A stretch of 56,600 nt of DNA from Octopus bimaculoides. Taxonomy: Eukaryota. The stretch is from positions 27,005,249 to 27,061,848 of the forward strand of contig NC_068995.1 in the NCBI RefSeq assembly GCF_001194135.2. Direction: 5' to 3'. The notes under the pieces were generated by a model. That model was not told where the DNA came from, searched no databases, and saw only the letters and a program-made list of their open reading frames with translations. The position numbers and the translations under genes were made by a program. This document shows positions 37,184 through 48,923 of this stretch, one piece after another (positions within the stretch are counted from its first letter, which is position 1; each line of letters begins with the position of its first letter).

Positions 37184-38186
37184 AATAGTCTATAGAAATT
37201 ATAATCAGCACTGACTTTTGTTACAATGTTTTGTATTCAAGATGTCAGATGTAAACAAACAATGAGATCGAAGATGAAAATGGGTAATAGGCATATATGC
37301 CATATTACAGGAGTTTTGCTCCTTCATCAGTACCCATCTAACTTCTATCCATGAACACATTGCTTAAATAGCCACTTAATACAGCAGTGTAGTGTTATTA
37401 GATATACAACTTTAACATATTAAACACATTCTGAGAAGCTGGTGCAAAATATGGCATATACACCTATTATTCTTTTTTCATCTTCAGTTATATATGCTTT
37501 CACTACACCTGTTAGTCTCTATCTACTCTTATGCATTCGTGACCATCTTTCTTTTATCGTGTCCTGTATTCTTTGCAGGCTTTCCACTCATAGTCTACCT
37601 TACCCTCTTTTTGATGATGGAACTGGTAACTACTAATATCCTTTAATAAGGACATTCATTATTCTTTGATGATAGAACAGGTAGGTAACTACTAACATCC
37701 TTAATTTTTCTCACTGAAGATGGAATAGTTGGCTTTTATATAAAAATCTTTACTCAATGAGATATTCATAGCTATTCTAGATACAGCTGTAAGAGACTTT
37801 ATGGACAACTTTACTCTAACAACTCTGCAATTATGTTTGAATCAAAAATTACATATTCTAAAGTGATACCACATGTTTTGCCTGTTCATTCCTTCTATTA
37901 TATCTATATATACAATCCAGCTGTCCTTTCACATGGAATTTCATCTATCTTTAAACCATGACCCCGAAGTGACTTTATATATAAGGGAACTGTTATTATG
38001 TATGTATATCAGAAAAAATATACATAAGTCGAAACAATTTGTTGGCCTTTTATGGTTTTTTTAGATAATTGTTTGTTATATAATATTATGTCCATACCTT
38101 GTAGAATCCAAAGGCGGTCCTACCTCCATATTAAAATAAATTTGTTTGAAATTTTAAGGTGTTTCCATTATTTTGTCCAACTCCTG
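34629..38186 (+). mobile_element. Tc1-like transposon (D-36-E spacing), split by about 2.8 kb of other sequence
   Basis: Left TIR caagggttggacaaaataatggaaacacct after TA; matching right TIR ends at 38186 before TA. QNDNAP...WPPQCPDLNIIENLW; C-terminal KGGPT remnant at about 38110. Confidence 0.8.
36022..37135 (-). mobile_element. old RTE LINE 3' part
   Basis: (CAT)n tail, 3'UTR and RT C-terminus including GKWPCTICWKGVGRNSIQCTCCKLSTHKIC. Confidence 0.75.
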
Positions 38187-38201
38187 TATATATAGGTCAT
38201 G

Positions 38202-41200
38202 CCATATGAATTCAACCAAAGTCAAATACATTTTGTGCCTGACCAACTCAGATTTGGCTCAAATTGTCTTTGGTAATATCTCTACATGCTTATGCATAAT
38301 TTTAAAATCCAATTGCTAAGAGTTTCAAACATATTCCCCACCAAATTTTGAGGGCTACACCCCTTGTGGAGCACGAATGTCAATTTATACAGATTTTGGT
38401 GCTGACTATCTTTAAAACCAATCATGGTATTTTACTGAAGTTGGCTACCCTGGGTAATCTGAACCCAGCCTGTCAGAACCTGTTAGTAGAATTACTCTCT
38501 CTTACTGCATTTTCAAGTTATTGGCCTTTCAAATATGAAGCTTTTCATGGATGGAAATAAAAAGAAAATCAACATTCAAGGATCCCTCATGAGGCCGAGA
38601 GGTCTAATACAAGCCAACTTCTGAGTTTCTTCAATTTAAGGACTGAGCTGTTCATGATAAAAGTATTGACAATGTACAAGGCATAGCATAATAGTTAGAG
38701 GCCTCTGGAAATGGTCCTAGGTGTAAAAAATCACTTTTTTGACAATTTTTGACTCACAAGTTCACCATGTGGACAATTAAACAAGGGATTGAAACTTGTT
38801 CTCCAAGAATGTATGTATCTAAACTTTGTTCGTTCAAAATTTTAACATGTTTCCTCATCTCTTTCATAGTTAATTAGGTTTTCAAATAATAACATTTTTA
38901 AACAAATACACTTTTGTTATATGGAAAATTATTGGATGAAGTGGACTGGCACGCACACGGTGCCCCCTAGTATATTCACACATACACTCCTTCATTATTT
39001 GTAATGAATTTCATACCCCCTAGTGAATTTGCACACAAATATTTGGCATGTGTGCACAACAGAACTCTAAATTCAAAATATTAACACATATCAATATATG
39101 AATGTATGGTAATCATTTTGCATTCAATTTTACCATGTAATTTGGCTACTTTGAATATGAATTTAGAAGAGGCACCACTGCACATTATTAACCCTTGTGC
39201 CAGAAAGTTGGTCACGGAAACACAATCGAAACCTTTGATGTAAATGATCATATGGTGTGGAGATCACAGCAACTGAGGAAAGAGAAGGGCATTTTGACTG
39301 ATCTTAACCCACAGAAGGGTGGGAGAGCACTTGCTTCTGATGTCATGAAATGGATAATATGATTCCATGAGGCAGAGGTATATTTGTATGTTTGCCCGGG
39401 TAAGAAGGAATTTGTTACTGTAAAGGAGAACAGAGTAAAGGTCCACCAGCAAAAACAGCTATTGCTTGTGAATCTGCATGAACTTTTTATGGAATACAGG
39501 AAGAAGTACCCTGCAGATAAGGTAGGGTTTTCAAAATTTTGTGACTTGCAACCAAAATGGTGTGTTCCAGTAACTGCCTTAAGAATGCACTTAATATGTG
39601 TCTATGAGCAACACCAAAATGCAAAACTTATAGCCACTGCCATTCCTGGTAGTCACAACTACAAAAACTTACTTGGCAAAATGGTCTGTTCCATGAACAA
39701 TTGTGTAGCTCCTGTGAATTATTTCCTAGGAAGATTGTCTTTAAACAACATTTGTTAGACATATTTTCTTCACATGATTCTGACTCCAACAATTTAGTAA
39801 TGTGCAAACAGTAGGCACATGTGGACTGGACAACCCTATTATGCCTAACTACTCCAGTAAATGATTTTATTCAAACTGCTGCCAGTGTATTTGATTCTCT
39901 GTGACAGCATCATTTCGTAGCAAAGGCTCAATCTAGTTTCTTTAGTCATCAGAAAGATAATCTGACACCACATCAAGCAATAGTATTGTTGGACTTTGTA
40001 GAAAATTATAGTTTTATAGTGCGGGACAAGGTGCAAGGGTTTCATTGGAACAATGCAAAGGCAACTATTCACCCATTTGTTATCTACTATAAGACCAGTG
40101 GAAACCTGCAATGAACTTCAATCTGTGTCACATCTGATTGCTTGAAACAGGACACCACCATAGTGCATGCCTTTATTACATGAGTGATATCACATACAAA
40201 AAAAGAACTTCCATTCATGAAGAAGCTTCTGTACTTCAATGATGGCTCAGCTGGCCAGTACAAGAACTACAAAAACCTAACAAATCTCTCTCGTTATGAG
40301 AACAATCATGGGCTTGAGGCAGAGTGGGATGGTGAAATGTTTGGCTGTTAAAGCAAGCCTACAAGCAGCAACAGAAGGACATATTCTCACAGCTTCCAAG
40401 ATTTATGACTGAGCATATGCAAGCATTCCAGGAATAAAGTTCTTTTACATACCAGCTGCCGATGTCCAAAATAAAAACTTGCCTGCATGATTCAGCAATG
40501 CAGTGAAACTAATTGGCACACAATCCCATCACTGCTTCATTCCTTTTTCAAGAACTGAACTGTTAATGAAAATAATATCAGCTGATGACCATTTCACTCT
40601 TCTAGGTGAAGAGCAGCCAGCATCTGAGCTAGATATTTCTAAGTTACAGCCCTGAAAATATGTTGCTTGCATGTATAAGGAGTGGTACATTAGTTGTATT
40701 GTTGAACGCTCAAATGAAAACTATGATGTATTAATCAATTTCAAACACCAATCAATTACAGGACTTCTATCATGACTTTCTTTGGTCTGTAGTAATGCTT
40801 ACTGGGTGCCCTTACAGAACATTATCTGCCTACTTTCAGCACCCGAGAAGCAGGGACAGGTTTTATAAGCTTGTTCCTGAGGATGCTGCTCTCATCCAGA
40901 AGAGATTGTCATAATTTATATCTTGTTTACTGTCAAAAATACCTAAGTATTATAATTGTCTATTAATATAAGTTTCTGTTAACATGTAATCAATACATTG
41001 TAAATCAATGAAATTTCAAATTGTAATTAAAAGTTACTTGAACTAAGTTTTTCTTTAATGCTATAAGCATTTCAGTATAAAAATAACATTATTTAAAAAT
41101 ACTGAGAATATTTTATATGTACAATAAGATCTTTGTTACCAAATAGGCTCATATCTGCACTTTTACTGATCTTGTGTGACCATGAAAAATATAGAGGTTC

Positions 41201-41920
41201 TCTCAGAGAATTATACAATTTTGCTAAAAAGCATATATTTGAAAAAATTAACTATGAAGGTGATGAGAAAATATGTTGAAAGTTTGAATGAATAAAGTTT
41301 AGATACATGCATTCTTGGAGAACAAGTTTTATTCCCTTGTTTAATTGCCTACATGGTGAACTTGTGAGTCAAAAATTGTCAAAAAAGTGACTTTTTTCAC
41401 CCGGAACCATTTTCAGAGGCCTCTAAATATTATGTTATGCCTTGTACATTTGTCAATATTCTTATCCTGGAAAGCTCAGTCCTCAAAGTGAAGAAACTCA
41501 GCAGAAGTTGGCTTGTATTAGACATCTCGGCCTCGTGGTGGACCCTCAAATGTTAATCTTTTTATTTTTACTCATGAAAAGGTTCATATTTGAAAGGTCA
41601 ATAACTTGAAAAGCACAAATATAGAGCAATTCTGATAACAGATTCTGACAGGCTGGGTTCAGATTACCCAGGGTACCCAATTTCAGTCAAATAATATGAT
41701 TAGTTTTAAAGATAGTCAGCACAAAAATCTGTATAACTTGACATTTGTATTCCATGAGGAGTGTGGCCCTCAAATTTTGGTGGAGCACATGTTTGAAACC
41801 CTTAAGAGGTTGAACCCTAAAATTATGCATGTATTCCTTATGCATATAGAGGTATTGCCAAAAAAAATTTGAACCAAATCTGAGTTGGTCACATGTACAG
41901 CTCTGGTTGAGTTCATATGG
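38202..41920 (+). mobile_element. DNA transposon with ~700-bp TIRs, Sola(2)-like DDD transposase, decayed
   Basis: Inverted repeats about 38202-38900 / 41215-41920. Fragments VGFSKFCDLQPKWC, DFVENYSF..VQGFHW, YFNDGSAGQYKN, AEW, VKCLAVKASLQ. Superfamily assignment is from memory of motifs. Confidence 0.7.
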
Positions 41921-41951
41921 AATATATATATATATATCATCCTAAAAGATA

Positions 41952-41995
<44 letters not shown>

Positions 41996-42006
41996 NNNNN
42001 NNNNNA

Positions 42007-43368
42007 GCCTTTTTAAACGTTTATAGAAATCCACATTTTTCACTTTTTCGTAAAATTTTTTTACATCAATGGAATTTTCTCGATGTGAACTTTCCAGTGC
42101 AGTAATTAGATTTTTAAAATTCCGTTTACTTTGTGTGATTTAAGGGAGATTTGGCTGTTGTTTCTAGCAACTTTTATATTTCTTCCCTTCTACCTGTACC
42201 AGCATTTTTACACGTCGATCACATGCTCAACATATAATATAGAGAGTAAGAGTAAAAGAGAGAGAGAGAGAGAGAGAAAGTGATACATACAAAGTCATAG
42301 ATTAACTTGCTTTAAGACTATTCTTTCCTTCTATCTACCTTTTCACTCTTACTTCGTTCTTCTTCCTCTCTCCCATTTAATAGCTTTCTTCTATCCCTCT
42401 ACCTCTAACATATTTTTCATAACATAGAAATATAAAAACACACACAACCACACATCTGTGACAACAACATATACATAAACACATACACACATCAACATTA
42501 TAGATATAAGAGTTACTTTGTGTGTTTCTTATATAAACACTCGCACGCATTGCTATTTTATAAGTGTCTTCTGTTCTCCCTTCCTCTCTTTCTCTCTCAT
42601 CATTGCTCCCATTCTCGATTCCTTTCTCCCTCTCTTGGTCTTTCAAACGCATACATGCACACGTACACACAAGCATTTACTACAATATAACTCATGTTCA
42701 TCAATGTTTTGTAAATATACAAACTACCTAGCTTATGGACAACACGATGCAAATCAGTGAACTTCATTACAAATGTGGGTAATTTTTCAGATTAACACCC
42801 GCACGATTTTCACTAGGGTGTTAGGGTTAGGGTTGTTCTGTTTAATATGTACATAGATTATGCCTCCAAAGAAGAGAGCTTGCTGGGGAAAGAAAGCAAC
42901 CAGTTTAAAATGACAGCAACAGACTGCAGCAATTCACCACATTCCAGAAGCTACTTTGAACATAATGCAGAATGGTGCATCAACATCTACTACCCAATCT
43001 GATAGAATTCTGGCAGAACTGTGTAGCAACAGATCGCCAGCAATTGCTTCATCAGAAATTGCCGTCCTAGCTCCTGTGAAAAGGGATTACCCTGCTATGT
43101 ATAATCAGGGCAGCGCAAAAAGTTGTTTCGCACAAATCATTTGTATAGCCAATTAGACAGATGAAATTTACGTACGCTTAATAATGTTATGCAAAACAGC
43201 CTTCAGATTTTCCCTATTAATTTCATCGTCTTTTCAATTATGAACATATTTACATTATAAAGGTTTTTTCGTTGTAAGGCTTTCTTTTTTAGTTAATTTT
43301 CACCTAGCAAGAATTATCGTAGATGGCGTAATAAGTCACACCCGGACAATGTCGGGTTATACTGCTAG
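42007..43368 (+). mobile_element. non-autonomous Helitron (copy 1; 5' end in gap)
   Basis: 3' hairpin cccggacaatgtcggg followed by CTAG|T at 43365-43369; inverted near-duplicate at 48346-50029. Confidence 0.8.
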
Positions 43369-44956
43369 TAATGAATAAAATCAGAAAACTGATCAATGAA
43401 TTCCAAGATTCCGTCACAGACAAAGAGAAAGATTATATATACAACTCTGTAATCAAAGAGAGCAATATCTATGGATTACCCCAAATCTACAAAGTGCCAT
43501 AAATAAGCAGAAGAACCAGTACGTAAAAATACTAAGGCCTGCTGACCTCAAACTAAGACCAGTAGTTGCTGGACCTCAAGCACCAACACAACAACTAAGT
43601 CATTTTTTAGATATACTCCTAAAACTTTTGTACCCTTTAATACCCAGTTATGTACCGGATGGCATAGATTTCATCCAACACATCCCTCCCACTGTCACCA
43701 ATCTCTATACTAATATACCTCACACTTTAGGCCTAGAAGCAATCAAACACTGGGTAGAGAAATATAGGGAATGGATAAATGAATGCTTCAAGACTGACTT
43801 CATTAGAAAATACCTTTAGATTCAACAATAAAACGTATTGACAAATAAAGGGCACAGCTATGGGTGCACAGTTTTCACCCTCATATGCAAACTTAGTTAT
43901 GGGATACTTGGAAGAAAAACTTTGAGGAAGTAGAAAAAACTTTTGAACAGGAGTACAAGAATTATATTATTAAAAAGTGGAAATGTTTTCTTGATGATTG
44001 CTTCATCTTCTGGGACAAATCGAATGAAGATCTAAATATATTTAACAATATACTGAACACACTTCACCCATCCATCAAATTCACGAAAGAATCCAGTTGC
44101 AATGAACTACCATTCCTGGTTATCCACATAAAAATACAGAACTCCACATTCACAACAGACATACTTTACAAAAAAAAACTGACACACACCAATATTTAAA
44201 TTTCTACTCTTGCCATCCATCACACATCAAAAGAAACATCCCATAGAGCATGGCAAGATGCATCTGTGCTATAGTGACTGACCCAAAATATGTGAAATCT
44301 GACTCAACAAACTCAAAGGCTTCCTCACAATGCAGAAATACCCTTTAGGATGAATTAATGAGGGAATTAAAAAGGCAATGAAACTGAAAATCATCCAACT
44401 ACAGACACCTAAGGAAAAAGTTAATGAAAACATGACTCCATTCCTTAACACACACAGCCCTGGAATAACAAACATCTTTCGCACCATAAAATCGAACTTA
44501 CCTATACTCTTAAAAAGCCCCAAAATGAAAAATCTGATTGAAAAAAACACCTTACGGAATAGCAGATGCCAACCAAAAAATCTTAAACACCTCACATGAG
44601 CAGAATTCAAATCAGAAAATGAATCAGAATTCTTAGTAAAAGATAGATGTGGAACATGCAACATGAACAACTTCAAATACTTGGAGAGTGCAGTTCTATA
44701 TTTAAGAGATGAGGAATTATGTACATTATTTACAGTTGACGGATATTTGTCCTCATCTTGTTTGTTATCAACACAACATTTTAGCTGATTTACCCTCCAG
44801 CCTTCATCAGGTGTCTTGGGGAAATTTCAAACCTGTGTTCTCATTCCTAAGGTATTTTTTGATATTATTATTATTATCATTATTATTATTATTACTATTC
44901 AGGTCACTGCTTAGAATCGAACTCGGAATCTTGGGGTTAGTAACCACTACACCATA

Positions 44957-45011
44957 TGGCATAGTGGTTAAGAGCATGGGCTACTAACCCCAAGATTCCG
45001 AGTTCGATTCC
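44957..45011 (+). promoter_or_regulatory. tRNA-like Pol III internal promoter (A and B boxes)
   Basis: A box tggcatagtgg at 44957-44967; B box gttcgattcc at 45002-45011. Confidence 0.65.
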
Positions 45012-45084
45012 AGGCAGTGACCTGAATAATAATAATATCAAAAAATACCTTAGGAATGAGAACCCAGGTTCGAAATTTCCCCAA

Positions 45085-45130
45085 GACACCTGATGAAGGC
45101 TGGAGGGTATATCAGCCGAAACGTTGTGTT
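45085..45130 (+). ncRNA. minimal type I hammerhead ribozyme
   Basis: GACAC-CUGAUGA-A-GGCUG(loop)CAGCC-GAAA-CGU-U-GUGUU. Helix I GACAC/GUGUU, 5-bp helix II, loopless palindromic helix III (ACGU), predicted GUU cleavage site. Degenerate antisense copy at 44770-44815. Confidence 0.75.
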
Positions 45131-46164
45131 ACCAACAAACAAGATGAGGGCAAATATTCGTCAACTGTAAATAATGTACTTGGAAAGTGGTTCCCATATA
45201 AAATTCAAGAATAGATCCCTTTTCAAAATAAATGCAGATATGAACTGCAAAGCATAAAACCTCATATATTGCATTACCTGCCCAAACTGCAGAGAAAATT
45301 ACACTGGCAAAACAATTCTCTCTGCCAACGTGCAAGAATCCATAGGCAACATATCCAACAAGAGAAATTACACAAGATTCCATTAAGTAAGCATCTGGAA
45401 ATATGCAGAGACAGAAAATTCAAATTTCTCTCTTTTACAAATGTGCATGAGACGATCTGCAATACCAAAAAGCAATGGAACTACATTTCATCAAAAAATT
45501 CTCTCCAAAATTGAATGTTTGAAAGAAAAGCAGAGACAGTACATTTTGTAAATGTTATACTAATATTCTCTAATACAAAAATATGAAACTGAAAGAGGTG
45601 TGATCGAAGTTACACAGTATAAACATGGACATGTTCCCAAACAAACATACACACAGGGACACACACACAAACACACTTCATCAAGGGATTCTCTCCAAAA
45701 TTGAAGGTTTGAAGGTAAAGTGGAGAATTTGCATTTTTTATTCCAAATGTGGCTCATCTCTACACATGTTCAGATATATATGTGTAGCATTGGGATATTC
45801 TAGCATTACGTATATATATGTGTGTATATATATATATATATTCATTTTATTCTATTTATTTTTAAAATTGTTAATTTGCAAATATTATACTAACGTTTTT
45901 TCGTGCAGAACTACATTTCATCAAAAAATTCACTCCAAAATTGAATGTTGTATTCTAAATATAACTCAAAGAGGATAAAAAGAAAGAAGGAAAAAAAGGA
46001 AAGGGGAAGAGAGAAAGAAAGCAAAATGACTTTCAGTGATGACCAAACCGCACCTGATATTTTTTCTTTGAAGAGGTCACCATCCTTAAACCCATTCCAA
46101 TACAATGGTAAAGGACTAAATAAATGAATGATGAATAGGAAGGGGGATACCTCTTCTCTCTCCC

Positions 46165-46206
<42 letters not shown>

Positions 46207-46215
46207 AGCAGATTC

Positions 46216-47037
46216 ATTGGTAATCCAGGTGGAGTGCTGGTATATGGCTGGTATGTCCTGGATCTCTTGCCAAAGAATTTTGAGCAAGGAATTGCAAATG
46301 AAAAGAGTTGCAACAAAATTTGTACCTTGCTTGCTCACAGAAGATCAAAAGCAGTCACAAGTGAATGTGTATCATGAACTGACAGAACAGCTTGAAGTTG
46401 AACTGAACCTTTTTTTGAAGGTCTTGACTGGTGATGAAAGCAGGCGCTATGGCTACAACCCAGAAATGAAGCAGTAATCAAGTCAATGAAAGCATTTGAT
46501 GTTACCATGCCCCCAAACAGTGCATCAAGTGAAGCCCAATGTTTAAGATGATGCTGATTTGTCCCAGACATTTTACTTGGCAGTTCTGAAGCATTTGCAA
46601 AACGTGGTGAGATGAAAACACACCAACCAGTGGCAAAGCGGAGAGTGGTAGTTTCATCACGATAATGCACCTTTGCACACCACCTTGAATGTGAGACAAG
46701 TTTTTTTTTTTTACCAAAAATGGCAAGACTCTGTTTAACTACTCTTCCTATTCACCTGATCTTGCTCCCTGCAACTTTTTTTGTTCCCCCAAATGAAAAA
46801 AGTCTTTGAAGGAAAACGTTTTGCAGATGTGGGAGAGATGAAGCAAAAAATGATGGAGGCGTTAAAAGGTATCACTTCACAAGAGTTCTAGGGCTGCTTT
46901 GAATATCAGAAAACACATCTGGACCGATGAATTGCTTCAAATGGAGAATGCTTTAAATGCAATAAAAGTGTAAACATGTAAAACTAAGTGAATAAAATTA
47001 CATTGCAAAATTCTGGCTTCATTTGGGTATCCCCTCG
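46216..47037 (+). mobile_element. mariner, 5'-truncated and decayed
   Basis: KFVPCLLTEDQK, LTGDES, HHDNAP, YSPDLAP motifs; right end gggtatcccctcg followed by TA. Confidence 0.85.
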
Positions 47038-47304
47038 TATATATATATGTCTTATTACATTTCATTTCCACTACATATGTCTATTTCCATGCTTTTAAGC
47101 TTTATTCCCTTTCATCTCTCACACTATATTTCTCCACTCTTAATTTTCTGTTATTTTCTTTCTTTCTCCTCCTTCTCTAATTACCTTTGACATTAAATCT
47201 ATTAATGTTTTTTTAAGAAATAACTTGCCAGTGTTCCCCCTCATCATATACATGGTAATCACATACAGGTCAAATGGCTTATTGATGTATTTTGTTTCAC
47301 TTTT

Positions 47305-47393
47305 TTTCCCTGATGAGATGATTGCATTGTTTTACATCATTTTTATTCTTTCTGGAATAACCTGAATGCTTTCTTCGAAACATATGTTGGAAG
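47305..47393 (+). ncRNA. candidate hammerhead ribozyme with extended helix II
   Basis: UUUCC-CUGAUGA-[60 nt]-GAAAC-AUAU-GUU-GGAAG. Helix I UUUCC/GGAAG, palindromic helix III ACAUAUGU; helix II base gaugauugcauu/aaugcuuucuuc pairs 9 of 12. Confidence 0.5.
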
Positions 47394-47597
47394 TATAAAT
47401 GGTTTGAATAACAACTACGTTTGACTCCATTTCTTAATTTATCTATGTTATACAAAAACATTTCACTTAACTCTGGAATTTCTACCTTTATAAGTAGGCT
47501 GTAATACCCTTGGCACTTACATAAATTCTTGCTACCCTGGTAACTATTTATTAATTTTTTTTCTATGTTATTTTGTACACACTGAAAAAATGCACAT

Positions 47598-47636
<39 letters not shown>

Positions 47637-47799
47637 CATATACATACATATATATAGTAAGAAGAAGGGAGGAGAATTTTACTTATCCTCACATAGTGAG
47701 GTGTAATGCAAATATATATATACATATATATGGGAGAATTTGACAGGAAGGACAACAACAGAAAGAAAGAGACCTCGATATTATACAAATAGAGGAATC

Positions 47800-48345
47800 T
47801 ATCTGTAAAAATATGTGACACTTATTCAGTAGCCATGATAAAACACCAAGTTTCGGATGCCAGGGTGGGAGCCCACGCCAACATCTCTTCAGTTATCCGG
47901 CCATTGAAAATTCCTGTGAAAAATGACCGTTAAAAACAAAGGGAAATTACGGTGTAGTAACAAGGTCAAAACGCGTCTAAGACTGCGTATATTATCGCAT
48001 GCACACATATCCAAATATGCATGCACATATCTTTATATACGCATGCACCCACACGCACAAGTGCGCACATATAAAGTTCCTTGTATGTGTCTATAGGTGT
48101 ACAGGAAAAAACAGGGTGGAGGGGAGAAAACAAAAAAATATGTGTGGAAAAAATACAAAAACATTAACCCTATAATTATGTAAAAAAACATAAAAATAAA
48201 TAAAAATATAAAATCCAAGTAAAAAAGGTGAAAAGCTTATACATAGACACAATATAGAAACCTATCAGTACAGTACCATCAGCAGGTTCTATCAGTAAAA
48301 ATATTAAAAAATATATAAGAAATGTAAATAATAATTATAGAGAGA
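47800..48345 (-). repeat. inverted pLTR (distal part) of the Hydra-like PLE
   Basis: Reverse complement of about 53667-54240. Confidence 0.9.
47837..47897 (-). ncRNA. hammerhead ribozyme in PLE pLTR
   Basis: GAUAA-CUGAAGA-GAUGUUGG..GUGGG/CCCAC..CUGGCAUC-C-GAAAC-uuggu-GUU-UUAUC. The direct copy at 54146-54207 has a disrupted helix III. Confidence 0.65.
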
Positions 48346-48923
48346 CTAGCACTATAACCCGACATTGCCCGGGTGTGACTTATTACGCCATCTATGATAA
48401 GTCTTGCTAAGTGTAAATTAACTAAAAAAAAAAGCCTTACAACGAAAAAACCCTTATGATGTAAATATGTTCATAATTGAAAAGACGATGAAATTAATAG
48501 GGAAAGTCTGAAGGCTGTTTTGCGTAACATTATTAAGTGTACGTAAATTTCATCCGTCTAATTGGCTATACAAATGTTTGTGCAAAACAACTTGTTGTGC
48601 TGCCTTGATTATACATAGCAGGGTAATTCCTTTTCACAGGAGCTAGGACGGCACTTTCTGATGAAGCAATTGCTGGCGATCTGTTGCTACACAGTTCTGC
48701 CAGAATTCTATCAGATTGGGCAGTAGATGTTGATGCACCATTCTGCATTATGTTCAAAGTAGCTTCTGGAATGTGGTGAATTGCTGCAGTCTGTTGCTGT
48801 CATTTTAAACTGGTTGCTTTCTTTCCCCAGCAAGCTCTCTTCTTTGGAGGCATAATCTATGTACATATTAAACAGAACAACAAAATTTATAACAGATGAC
48901 AGGGTCGGTAGTTTTCACATTTT

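Larger units (their letters stand above)
44691..45176. mobile_element. head-to-head palindromic dimer of a tRNA-head, hammerhead-bearing non-autonomous retroelement
   Basis: Arms are reverse complements about ccat|atgg (44955/44956); flanked by a 13-bp duplication tacttgga(g/a)agtg at 44678-44690 and 45177-45189. Confidence 0.8.
43370..45522 (+). mobile_element. Penelope-like element (Naiad-like), RT and GIY-YIG, decayed, interrupted at 44691-45176
   Basis: LRPVVAGP, NLYTNIPH, KGTAMG, FLDDCF, KKTDTHQYL..SCHP, RCQPKNLK, RCGTC, NLIYCITCPNCRENYTG, HRQHI, ELHFIKKFSPKLNV*. Confidence 0.85.

Noticed and set aside
42956-43156. Duplicated small gene MNIMQNG... (also 48566-48757)
   Set aside because: Internal to two Helitron copies; no recognisable domain; the C-termini differ by a frameshift.
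44280-44600. In-frame TGA codons in the Naiad-like ORF as selenocysteine
   Set aside because: They align with Arg/Leu-type positions (CGA or TTA decay) in a copy with many frameshifts, not with Cys ligands; no SECIS is visible.
44957-45020. Functional tRNA gene
   Set aside because: A and B boxes are present, but there is no convincing acceptor stem and it is embedded in a repeated element.
45585-45620. Hammerhead or SECIS just after the Naiad stop codon
   Set aside because: ctgaaaga..gaag resembles a core, but helix I does not pair and the spacing is too short for a SECIS.
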